Shown: in pieces, positions 27,841 through 36,028 of the stretch | How positions within the stretch are numbered: the first letter of the stretch is position 1 | Layout of the letters: every line of letters starts with the position of its first letter | Assembly (NCBI GenBank): GCA_964596535.1 | Contig: CAZQUR010000005.1 | Location: forward strand, 1 to 58,559 | DNA from: an uncultured Desulfobacteraceae bacterium | GTDB lineage: Bacteria; Desulfobacterota; Desulfobacteria; Desulfobacterales; UBA2156 | Direction: 5' to 3' | Length of the DNA stretch: 58,559 bases | Position numbers and translations under genes: made by a program | Notes under the pieces: generated by a model | The model's database searches: none | The model's input: the letters and a program-made list of their open reading frames with translations, nothing else | What the model was told of the DNA's origin: nothing

Positions 27841-28487
27841 ACCCGCCGTTTCATATTGATGATATTGATCCGTTTGGACACGCGATCCGCCTGATCCGAA
27901 ATTTCACCGATTTGAACGGTGAGGTCTTTGAGCTGCAGTTTCAAAAAAGGGGTGATTCCGGATTCGAAGAGCTTGGTGATGATCCGGCGCTCGATACGGT
28001 CGCAATGGCTTTCGTGGGTGTCGATGATATGGAGCAGCTCCCGGATGCTTTCATTTTTTTTGAATAAGGCGACCACCTGTCGCCGCATCAATTCACAGCA
28101 TTCCAGGCTCAGCCGCACCAGGTCCTTCAGGTCCGGCATCAGGAAATCGGGGATTTCCAGTTTTTGGGTCTGAATAATATACAGGATCCGCTCGAGCAGG
28201 CGAGGGATGGTGTCGATGGCTTCCAAAAGCCCCATGATATCCCCCCGGGCGTCGGGGATCAGGGTTTTGCCGTACATCAGGGTCTTGATCTCCTCCCGGA
28301 TATCGTCCGCCTTGGATTCGTACTTGTGGGTTCTGTCGATGAAAAACTCGAAGTTTTCGCAAAACGGGTTGTCGATACAAACATTGAGGGCTTTTAAAAA
28401 ATTTTCCTGGGTGCGCTCCACGGTCTCCAGATAGTCGTAAATGAGCGCTTCCACCCGATGTTCTTTTTTAAAGAGAAAGCTGAGCAT
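27837..28487 (-). CDS. DUF47 / PhoU-like phosphate transport regulator partner of PiT
   Basis: 216 aa helical protein. Its stop overlaps the PiT start as ATGA, the usual DUF47-PiT pairing. Confidence 0.75.
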   Translation of the reverse strand: MLSFLFKKEHRVEALIYDYLETVERTQENFLKALNVCIDNPFCENFEFFIDRTHKYESKADDIREEIKTLMYGKTLIPDARGDIMGLLEAIDTIPRLLERILYIIQTQKLEIPDFLMPDLKDLVRLSLECCELMRRQVVALFKKNESIRELLHIIDTHESHCDRIERRIITKLFESGITPFLKLQLKDLTVQIGEISDQADRVSKRINIINMKRRV

Positions 28488-28751
28488 CGTGAAACGTCAA
28501 ACCTCCGGTCAAAGATGATACAAACGCTCTTACACCATAAAACCCTTTATTTCAAAAGAAATTCGGAGCCGCCACGGGCCCCGGGGGGCGTTCTTTTTTC
28601 CGTTTTATTCTGGATACGGCGCGCCACCGGCAATGTCAATGGGAAGGTCGATGCATCCTCGTGTTTTCCATTTGAACTGATAATTTTATTAGAAACTTTA
28701 ATTATGACTTGACATCACCGTTTTTTGTAAATAGGGGTCCGGTTCACCCGC

Positions 28752-28787
28752 GTCTTCCACAAGGGGGTGGAAGACCGGCGATTTTTT
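28752..28787 (+). terminator. Terminator-like hairpin 1 in an orphan plus-strand context
   Basis: GTCTTCCAC (28752-28760) pairs with GTGGAAGAC (28767-28775). A T6 run follows at 28782-28787 after a 6-nt spacer. Confidence 0.45.
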
Positions 28788-28795
28788 GGACAACG

Positions 28796-28837
28796 GCGTC
28801 TTTTTCTCTAGTTTTTCATGGGAAAAGACGCTTTTTT
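28796..28837 (+). terminator. Terminator-like hairpin 2 (intrinsic terminator geometry)
   Basis: GCGTCTTTT (28796-28804) pairs with AAAAGACGC (28823-28831). It is followed immediately by TTTTTT (28832-28837). Confidence 0.55.
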
Positions 28838-29012
28838 ATTGTGGCGATTGTAAGATCGCTTCCGCGGATCCTGTTCTGATGGAAACGTAAAAGGGCCGTT
28901 TTCCCCCGCGCCGCAACCCTTTTTACGATCTTGTTTTGTTTTAAAAGCCCCGATTTGAGGCGGGATTGCGGGAAGCGTTCCGGTGAATCCAAACTACAAG
29001 GAGGCGTTTTAA

Positions 29013-30596
29013 ATGAATCTGCAACAGCCCAATTCCAATGAAGCCCTGCAAACAAAGAACCGCTCCCGGAGCGTTGCCCCCCAATCCGGCATCTGCTCCA
29101 GGTGCATGGACGGGTGCAAGGGGAACTGTGACATGTTCGTCACCACTTTCCGGGGGCGGGAACTTTTGTATCCTTCTCCTTTCGGGCAGGTCACGGCAGG
29201 CTCGGACAAAGACTATCCCGTGGATTACAGTCATCTGAATATCATGGGATACGCCATCGGCGCATCCGGTATCGAGGCCGACCCGGACCATGCAGTCTTT
29301 CCGAAGGTCAGTACGGAAACCTGGTACGGCGCCACGGAAAAAATCAATATGAAGATCCCCATTTTCACCGGCGCACTCGGGAGCACGGAGATCGCCCGGA
29401 GCAACTGGGAGCAGTTCGCCGTGGGCGCCGCCATTTCGGGAATCAGCCTGGTGTGCGGTGAAAACGTCTGCGGCATCGATCACGATTTACAGATCGATAA
29501 AAACGGGAAGGTGGTGGAATCTCCTGAGATGCGCCGCCGGGTGGAACAGTACCGCCGTTATCAGGAAGGCTACGGCGACATCATGGTACAGATGAACGTG
29601 GAGGACACGCGTCTGGGGGTTGCTGAGTACGTCATTGAAAAACTGGGGGTGGAAACCATAGAATTGAAATGGGGACAGGGGGCCAAGAGCATCGGCGGCG
29701 AAATCAAGGTGGATTCCTTGGAACGCGCCATCGATTTGAAAAAAAGAGGATATATCGTCACGCCGGACCCCACGAAAAAATCGAACCAGGAGGCGTTCAG
29801 GGAAGGGGCCATCAAGGAATTCGAACGCCACTCCCGGGTCGGTTTTCTCAACCAGGAGGCCTTCATGAGAGACGTGGACCGGGTCCGGAAACTGGGCGCC
29901 AAGCGGGTCACCTTGAAGACCGGAGCCTATCCCATGAGGGAGTTGGCCATGGCCATCCGCTGGTCTTCGGATGCCAAGATCGATCTTTTGACCATCGACG
30001 GCGCCCCGGGCGGTACCGGTATGAGCCCATGGCGTATGATGTGCGAATGGGGAATCCCCGCCATATACCTCCATTCCATGGCCTATGAACTCTGCCTGCG
30101 CCTGGCCCAGAAAGGGGCGTGGATTCCGGACATCGCCTTTGCCGGGGGTTTTTCCGCTGAAGATCACATCTTCAAGGCCCTGGCCCTGGGCGCCCCTTTC
30201 TGCAAAGCGGTCTGCTTGGGACGGGCCCTCATGATCCCCGGGATGGTGGGGAAGAACATCGAACGGTGGCTGAAAGGGGAAGACGGCGGCCTCCCCTCCA
30301 CCGTGTCCAAATACGGCACCACCAAGGAGGAAATTTTCGTCTCCTATCAAACCCTTCGGGATCGCTATGGAAAAGAGGCGGAAGCCTTTCCTCTGGGCGC
30401 CATCGGTGTGTACACCGCCAGTGAAAAACTTCGGGTCGGCCTGCAACAGCTCATGGCCGGCGCCCGTAAATGGCGCACCCATCTGATCACTCGAAGGGAT
30501 TTGGCGTCACTGACGGAAGAATGCGCCAAGGTCACCGGTATTCCCTATATTATGGATGCTTACCGGGAAGAGGCCTTGGCCATCATCGACGAGTAA
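29013..30596 (+). CDS. FMN-binding glutamate-synthase-domain-2-like protein (stand-alone GltB-related)
   Basis: 527 aa; AAGGAGG RBS. Has an N-terminal CSRCMDGCKGNC Cys cluster. DGAPGGTGMSP and AGGF...LALGA motifs match the FMN/TIM-barrel domain of GltB. No amidotransferase or GltD partner is adjacent. Confidence 0.75.
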   Translation: MNLQQPNSNEALQTKNRSRSVAPQSGICSRCMDGCKGNCDMFVTTFRGRELLYPSPFGQVTAGSDKDYPVDYSHLNIMGYAIGASGIEADPDHAVFPKVSTETWYGATEKINMKIPIFTGALGSTEIARSNWEQFAVGAAISGISLVCGENVCGIDHDLQIDKNGKVVESPEMRRRVEQYRRYQEGYGDIMVQMNVEDTRLGVAEYVIEKLGVETIELKWGQGAKSIGGEIKVDSLERAIDLKKRGYIVTPDPTKKSNQEAFREGAIKEFERHSRVGFLNQEAFMRDVDRVRKLGAKRVTLKTGAYPMRELAMAIRWSSDAKIDLLTIDGAPGGTGMSPWRMMCEWGIPAIYLHSMAYELCLRLAQKGAWIPDIAFAGGFSAEDHIFKALALGAPFCKAVCLGRALMIPGMVGKNIERWLKGEDGGLPSTVSKYGTTKEEIFVSYQTLRDRYGKEAEAFPLGAIGVYTASEKLRVGLQQLMAGARKWRTHLITRRDLASLTEECAKVTGIPYIMDAYREEALAIIDE

Positions 30597-30614
30597 TTTT
30601 TTCCGTCTTTTCTG

Positions 30615-30653
30615 CCGGCGGGTCGGTTCTTGTCGACCCGCCGGTTTTTTTTT
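30615..30653 (+). terminator. Strong intrinsic terminator after the GltB-like gene
   Basis: CCGGCGGGTCG (30615-30625) pairs with CGACCCGCCGG (30634-30644), followed by T9 (30645-30653). Confidence 0.8.
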
Positions 30654-30667
30654 GATAATGGCACCGC

Positions 30668-31960
30668 GTGATCAAGAGAACGGAATCGGAACCCATGCAA
30701 CGCACCTTTTTTGCTTTTTTTGCACTCTTTGCGGCCGCCTTCATTTTAATGATGGGCGGCGGGGTATTGGGAACCTTCCTCAGTTTGCGGTTGGCCGTGG
30801 ACGGGTTTCCCGAAACGACCATCGGGTGGGTCATGGCCGGGTTTTATCTGGGTCTGGTGCTCGGTTCCTTTATCTGCCACCACCTGGTGGAAGCCGTGGG
30901 GCACATCCGGTCCTTTTCCACATTCGCGGCGATCACGGTCAGCGCCGTCATGCTGCAAGCCCTCTGGATCCATCCGCTTTTTTGGTGGATCCTCCGCCTG
31001 GTCACCGGGATCTCCATGACAGGGCTTTATATGGTGATGGAAAGTTGGCTCAACGAGTGTGCGGAACCGGCCAACCGGGGAAGGATCTTCGCGGTGTACA
31101 TGGCGATTTCCTATCTCGGCTTGGCCCTTTCCCAGTTTTTTATCGCCTTTGCGGAGATCCGCGGTCACGAACTCTTTTTTGTCGTCGCCATCCTCTTTTC
31201 CCTTTGTATGGTCCCGGTTTCCACCACCCGATCCATTTCCCCCCAACTCCCACCGGTCACCCGGTTTGAAATTTTAAAGCTGTTTCGAAGGGCCCCTTTG
31301 GGGATGTCCGGCTGCCTGGTGGCGGGCCTCATCAACGGGAGTTTTTACACCATGGCGCCGGTTTTCTGCCTGGGAACAGGGTTTTCCACGTCCCAGATCG
31401 CCTGGTATATGAGCCTGACCATCTTCAGCGGACTGTGCCTGCAATGGCCGGTGGGAACCTTTTCAGACCGTTTCGACCGCCGGGCCGTGCTGTCGGTCCT
31501 CGGTTTCATGGTGGCGGGGATCAGTCTCTTGCTCGCCCTGGCCGTTTCCCGTTATACGTTTCTGGTTTTTGTCATGACCGTGCTGTACGGAGGACCGGGT
31601 TTCAGCATCTATCCGGTGTCCGTGGCGTACGCCCTGGATCAATTCAAACCCCACGAAATCGTGACGGTGAGTTCGGCCCTGATCTTGTTTTACGGCCTGG
31701 GCGCCGGTATCGGCCCCCCGGCCGCATCGGGATTGATGCGGCTTTTCGGCCCCCAGTTCCTCTATCTGTTCATCGCCGCCGTCGGAGGCATCTTCGGATT
31801 GCTGGTGTATCTCCGCCGGCGTCAAAAACCCCTCGCCCGCCCCTCCGTCGTTCCCACCATTCCGGTTCCGCGGACGTCGCCCGTGGCCGTCTCCCTCGAC
31901 CCACGGGTGCCGATGACGGAATCAGAGCCGGAATCTCAACCCGAGGCATCAGGGGCGTGA
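30668..31960 (+). CDS. MFS transporter
   Basis: 430 aa with about 12 hydrophobic helices. The track start is GTG 30668; the first ATG is 30695 (MQRTFFAFF...). Confidence 0.75.
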   Translation: MIKRTESEPMQRTFFAFFALFAAAFILMMGGGVLGTFLSLRLAVDGFPETTIGWVMAGFYLGLVLGSFICHHLVEAVGHIRSFSTFAAITVSAVMLQALWIHPLFWWILRLVTGISMTGLYMVMESWLNECAEPANRGRIFAVYMAISYLGLALSQFFIAFAEIRGHELFFVVAILFSLCMVPVSTTRSISPQLPPVTRFEILKLFRRAPLGMSGCLVAGLINGSFYTMAPVFCLGTGFSTSQIAWYMSLTIFSGLCLQWPVGTFSDRFDRRAVLSVLGFMVAGISLLLALAVSRYTFLVFVMTVLYGGPGFSIYPVSVAYALDQFKPHEIVTVSSALILFYGLGAGIGPPAASGLMRLFGPQFLYLFIAAVGGIFGLLVYLRRRQKPLARPSVVPTIPVPRTSPVAVSLDPRVPMTESEPESQPEASGA

Positions 31961-32100
31961 AACCGGACCTGTCTGTCGGAAGCGTTGCCGTTTCCTCAAG
32001 GTGAAGCCCCTTGGTTTTTGAGGGATGTTGCTTGATCCGAAAAAATTTTATGGTATAAAAGATACGGCTACCGAACGGATCTGAAACAAGAAAAGAGGGG

Positions 32101-32559
32101 ATGGTTTCGCCGATGTATCGGTCTGGAAGACGTTTCATGGAGCGTCTGGGCGGGGAGACGGATATTCTCTCCGGCATCGAGGAGATATGCATTCTCAACG
32201 CCGTACGGATGGCCGTCTTTAATCTGGTGGGTGCGGCCCGCTCGGCAACCTTCGGTGTCTTCGATCAAAAACAGCGGGTCTATGTGACGCAAAAAAGGGA
32301 CGGCTTTTTCGAAATTCTGAATTGTACGGGGAATATTTCCATCAAAGAGGGAAAGCCGATCGCCCATGCCAAAATCATCCTTTCGGATGAACAAAACCAA
32401 ATTTTCGGAGGGCATCTTTTTTCCGAGACCCTCTTGTTTTATGGAGAATTGTACCTCGAGGAGATGGAAGGATCTCCCCTCGAACGAGGGTATGATGAAT
32501 CCAGCGGTCTTTTTCTGTGGCCGTTCGACCACCGCGATATCCTGTTTCGCTCGACCTGA
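32101..32559 (+). CDS. PPC-domain (DUF296) protein
   Basis: 152 aa. The pattern LSGIEEICILNAV...GTFEILNCTGNI...HAHIILSD..Q.FGGHL is characteristic of DUF296/PCC domains. Confidence 0.6.
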   Translation: MVSPMYRSGRRFMERLGGETDILSGIEEICILNAVRMAVFNLVGAARSATFGVFDQKQRVYVTQKRDGFFEILNCTGNISIKEGKPIAHAKIILSDEQNQIFGGHLFSETLLFYGELYLEEMEGSPLERGYDESSGLFLWPFDHRDILFRST

Positions 32560-32573
32560 TTAAAGGAGGCGCC

Positions 32574-33638
32574 ATGCAGATTTCCATCAACAAAACGCAG
32601 CAGCCGAAAGCCCGTCCGGATGAGTCCCGGCTGGGATTCGGGACTCATTTCACGGACCACATGTTCCTCATGGACTACCACCCGGATCAAGGGTGGCACC
32701 ACGGCCGCATCACGCCCTACGGACCCTTGTCCTTGGATCCGGCGACGATGGTGCTCCATTACGGCCAGGGCATTTTTGAAGGGCTCAAGGCCTATCGGAC
32801 GGATTCGGGGAAGATCCAGTTGTTCCGGCCCCAGGAAAACTTCAAGCGGCTCAACCGCTCCGCCCGGCTCCTGTGCATGCCTTCCATCGACGACGCCTTT
32901 GCCCTGAAGGCCCTGAAGGAACTGCTGGTCCTGGAAAAAGACTGGGTTCCCAAACAGCCGGAGACGTCTTTGTACATCCGCCCCACCGTCTACGCGGCGG
33001 ATCCGTTTCTCGGGGTCCGGGCGTCTTACACCTACCGCTTCTTTATTATATTGTCGCCGGTGGGCGCCTATTATGCCGAGGGGTTCAACCCGGTGAAGAT
33101 TTGGGTCACCCGGGACCGTGTGCGCGCCGTCCCCGGCGGCGTCGGAGAAGCCAAGACCATCGGCAACTATGCGGCCAGCCTCCTGGCCGGCCACGAAGCC
33201 CATGAAGCCGGATACACCCAGGTCTTGTGGCTCGACGGCATCGAACGGAAATATATCGAAGAAGTGGGCTCCATGAACATCTTCATTGTCATGGACGGAA
33301 AAATCGTCACCCCCGCCCTTTCGGGGAGTATTCTTCCCGGTATCACCCGGAACTCGGTAATTCATCTGGCCCGGTCCTGGAACCTCCCCGTGGAGGAAAG
33401 AAAAATCTCCATCGATGAAGTGATGGAAGGACATGCTTCCGGACGCCTTACAGAAATCTTCGGGTCGGGGACCGCGGCGGTGATCTCCCCGGTGGGGGAA
33501 ATCCGGTACGGAGACACGGTGATTTCCGTCGGGGACGGCCGGGTGGGTCCCGTCTCCCGCCGCCTCTATAAGGCCTTGACGGATATCCAGTACGGCCGGG
33601 AAGAAGGTCCGAGCGGGTGGATCGAACCGGTTGTTTAA
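32574..33638 (+). CDS. ilvE: Branched-chain amino acid aminotransferase (long, type II-like)
   Basis: Start trimmed to ATG 32574, after AAGGAGG. Has FTDHMF, YGQGIFEGLKAYR, AKTIGNYA and GTAAVISPV motifs. Confidence 0.85.
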   Translation: MQISINKTQQPKARPDESRLGFGTHFTDHMFLMDYHPDQGWHHGRITPYGPLSLDPATMVLHYGQGIFEGLKAYRTDSGKIQLFRPQENFKRLNRSARLLCMPSIDDAFALKALKELLVLEKDWVPKQPETSLYIRPTVYAADPFLGVRASYTYRFFIILSPVGAYYAEGFNPVKIWVTRDRVRAVPGGVGEAKTIGNYAASLLAGHEAHEAGYTQVLWLDGIERKYIEEVGSMNIFIVMDGKIVTPALSGSILPGITRNSVIHLARSWNLPVEERKISIDEVMEGHASGRLTEIFGSGTAAVISPVGEIRYGDTVISVGDGRVGPVSRRLYKALTDIQYGREEGPSGWIEPVV

Positions 33639-33653
33639 CACAGGGATTTTTCA

Positions 33654-35051
33654 ATGACGGATGCTTCGACAACGCGTCTTTACCTGCCGGCACTGATTCA
33701 AAAAATGCAGGACAAGAGACTCCCCGAAATCGCCGTCGATAACTTTTCCCGATATTATGAGCGGGTGGTTTCCGGGGAGAGCGGGATGATCTGCGACGCC
33801 GAAATCCGTCCCCTGGATCCATCCGATATTCAAGATCACAAAACCCTTTCCGATTTTACACCCGCCGGTAAAGAGGCGTTTTCCCGGGCGGTTCGGATCG
33901 TTTTGAACGGCGGCCTGGGGACCAGCATGGGGCTTTCCTCCACAAAATCCTTATTGTGGGTCAAAGAAGGATTGTCGTTTCTTGAGATCATTTTCAAACA
34001 GGCGGCGCACCAAGGCGTCCGCCTGGCGCTGATGAACTCGTTTAACACCGACCGCGAAACCCGCGACGCCATCCGGCGGATGCAAACCCCGTTTCAGCCA
34101 CTGATCTTCCTCCAGCATCGGTTCCCCAAAATACTCAAAGAGACCCTGGCGCCGGCATCCTGGCCGAAAAACCCCGAAGTGGAATGGAATCCTCCGGGAC
34201 ATGGGAATGTCTACACGGCGCTTTTTTCATCGGGGACCCTTGATCAGTTGTTGAATGAAGGCATCGAATACGCGTTTATCTCCAACTCGGACAACCTGGG
34301 TGCGGTGATGGACGCATCCCTTCTCGGGTATTTCTCCCATAAGGCGTTTCCCTTCATGATGGAAGTGGCCCAACGCACCCCCACGGATATCAAAGGGGGA
34401 CATCTTGCCGTTCGCCGAAGTGACGGGCGCCTTGTTCTCCGGGAGGCAGCCCAGTGTCCCGAAGAAGAACGCGCCGCGTTTCAGGACATTCACCATTATC
34501 GCTTTTTCAACACCAACAACATCTGGGTAAACTTAAGGTTCTTAAAAGGCGTCCTGACACATGACCCCGTGCTCACCTTGCCGCTTATCCTGAACGAAAA
34601 ACCCCTTGATCCCCGTGACGAGACCAGCCCCAAGGTCTACCAGATTGAAAGCGCCATGGGTGCCGCCATATCCTTGTTTGATGGGTCCACCGCTGTTTGC
34701 GTGCCGAAAACCCGCCTCATTCCGGTGAAAACATGCCAAGACCTTCTTTTGATCCGATCCGATCGTTATCTGCTGACATCGGAAGGACGCTTGATCTCGA
34801 ACCCCGAATGCCGGACGACATCCTGCTCTGTCTCCCTGGATCCCGGGTTTTACAGCAAAATCGACGATTTTGAATCCCGCTTCGCCCAGGGGGTTCCCTC
34901 CCTTTGCGACTGCAAAGCCCTGACTGTCCGGGGGAATGTGCGATTCGAACGGGACATTAAAATTGACGGGGCCGTGGTGATCGAAAATCGAGGCGACGGT
35001 CAAGGGGTGGTGAAGGCAGGATCGGTGGTGGATCGGGATTTGCTTTTTTAA
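33654..35051 (+). CDS. UDPGP-family UTP--glucose-1-phosphate uridylyltransferase (eukaryote-type fold)
   Basis: 465 aa. Has LNGGLGTSMG, NSFNT, PPGHG, ISNSDNLGA and a C-terminal beta-helix-like tail, the PF01704-type pattern rather than GalU. Confidence 0.75.
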   Translation: MTDASTTRLYLPALIQKMQDKRLPEIAVDNFSRYYERVVSGESGMICDAEIRPLDPSDIQDHKTLSDFTPAGKEAFSRAVRIVLNGGLGTSMGLSSTKSLLWVKEGLSFLEIIFKQAAHQGVRLALMNSFNTDRETRDAIRRMQTPFQPLIFLQHRFPKILKETLAPASWPKNPEVEWNPPGHGNVYTALFSSGTLDQLLNEGIEYAFISNSDNLGAVMDASLLGYFSHKAFPFMMEVAQRTPTDIKGGHLAVRRSDGRLVLREAAQCPEEERAAFQDIHHYRFFNTNNIWVNLRFLKGVLTHDPVLTLPLILNEKPLDPRDETSPKVYQIESAMGAAISLFDGSTAVCVPKTRLIPVKTCQDLLLIRSDRYLLTSEGRLISNPECRTTSCSVSLDPGFYSKIDDFESRFAQGVPSLCDCKALTVRGNVRFERDIKIDGAVVIENRGDGQGVVKAGSVVDRDLLF

Positions 35052-35058
35052 ACCCTTT

Positions 35059-35655
35059 TCATCCTTGTCTGTAGCGCCTGTAGTAATCCATCACTTTTTT
35101 TACATAGGTTATCGTCTCATTATACGGCGGCACTCCCTGGTGCCGTTCCACCGCATCCGGTCCGGCGTTGTATGCGGCCAATGCCAGATGGACGTCACCA
35201 TGGAAGCGGTCCAACATGGACCTGAAGAATCGGGTTCCGGCCAGAATATTCTGTCGCGGATCAAAAGGTTTTTCGAGGCGGAGCAGTCGGCAGTTTTCCG
35301 GCATGATCTGCATCAATCCCCGCGCACCTTTGGGGGATACGGCCCAGGGGTTGAAATCCGACTCCACTTTGATAATGGCCCGGACCAAATCCATGTCCAC
35401 CCCATGGGTCTCGGCAGCTTCCCGGATGTAGGCCGCATACGGCATTCCCGCCGGCTTGGGTCTCCCGGCACCGTCTTCCCGGAAATACACGGTATAACCG
35501 GGTGCGGTGGGGACATTCGAAAAATGGACCACCCCGTTTTCATCCACAAACCGATAGATGTCGGCTTTTCCCGGTTTTCCGGAAGCACCGGTAAAAAACA
35601 GAAATAGGGCGCCGATGATCAGGAGGCGGTGCCTTTTACCTGTTCTTCGATCCAT
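35059..35655 (-). CDS. Lytic transglycosylase (Slt domain) with signal peptide
   Basis: Has VESDFNPWAVSPKGARGLMQIMP and AAYNAGP motifs. Start set to ATG 35655 (MDRRTGKRHRLLIIGALFLFF), which still overlaps the cutA 3' end by 37 nt. Confidence 0.75.
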   Translation of the reverse strand: MDRRTGKRHRLLIIGALFLFFTGASGKPGKADIYRFVDENGVVHFSNVPTAPGYTVYFREDGAGRPKPAGMPYAAYIREAAETHGVDMDLVRAIIKVESDFNPWAVSPKGARGLMQIMPENCRLLRLEKPFDPRQNILAGTRFFRSMLDRFHGDVHLALAAYNAGPDAVERHQGVPPYNETITYVKKVMDYYRRYRQG

Positions 35656-35945
35656 TGTAAAAACGGCGGATTCCCTTCGGAAATGGTGAAACTGATGATG
35701 CACGGACAATCATAACTGTGCTGTTTTTTAACTTTTTCCATGAGTTCGGGGAACCTTGCTCGTGTGGTTTTTGCGATAAGCACCGTCTCGGTCTCCGTTT
35801 GAAGGGTATTTTCCCAATAATACATGGATCTCATACCGTCGATGATGTTCACGCAGGCCGCCAGTTTGGATTCCACCAGCGCCTTTCCGATGCTTTCGGC
35901 TTCTTCACGGTTTCCGGTGGTGATATAAACCCATTTTAATTCCAT
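35619..35945 (-). CDS. cutA: Divalent-cation tolerance protein CutA
   Basis: About 108 aa from ATG 35945 (GGAGG RBS 5 nt upstream). Has VYITTGNREEAESIGKALVESKLAACVNI and YYWEN motifs. Confidence 0.8.
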   Translation of the reverse strand: MELKWVYITTGNREEAESIGKALVESKLAACVNIIDGMRSMYYWENTLQTETETVLIAKTTRARFPELMEKVKKQHSYDCPCIISFTISEGNPPFLQWIEEQVKGTAS

Positions 35946-36028
35946 CGTTTCCTCCATCCTTCGTTTTCTCTTACGTGTCGTATTGTAACAGATCCCGTTC
36001 GATCATGGTCCCTTTTTTTATGAAAGTT

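Noticed and set aside
28709-28733. Plus-strand sigma70 promoter for the orphan hairpin transcript (TTGACA at 28709)
   Set aside because: The best -10-like hexamer (TAAATA) is only 13 nt from the -35, and at 17-nt spacing the sequence is TAGGGG. A minus-strand TTTACA-N18/19-(T)CATAAT reading is about equally plausible, so no promoter is called.
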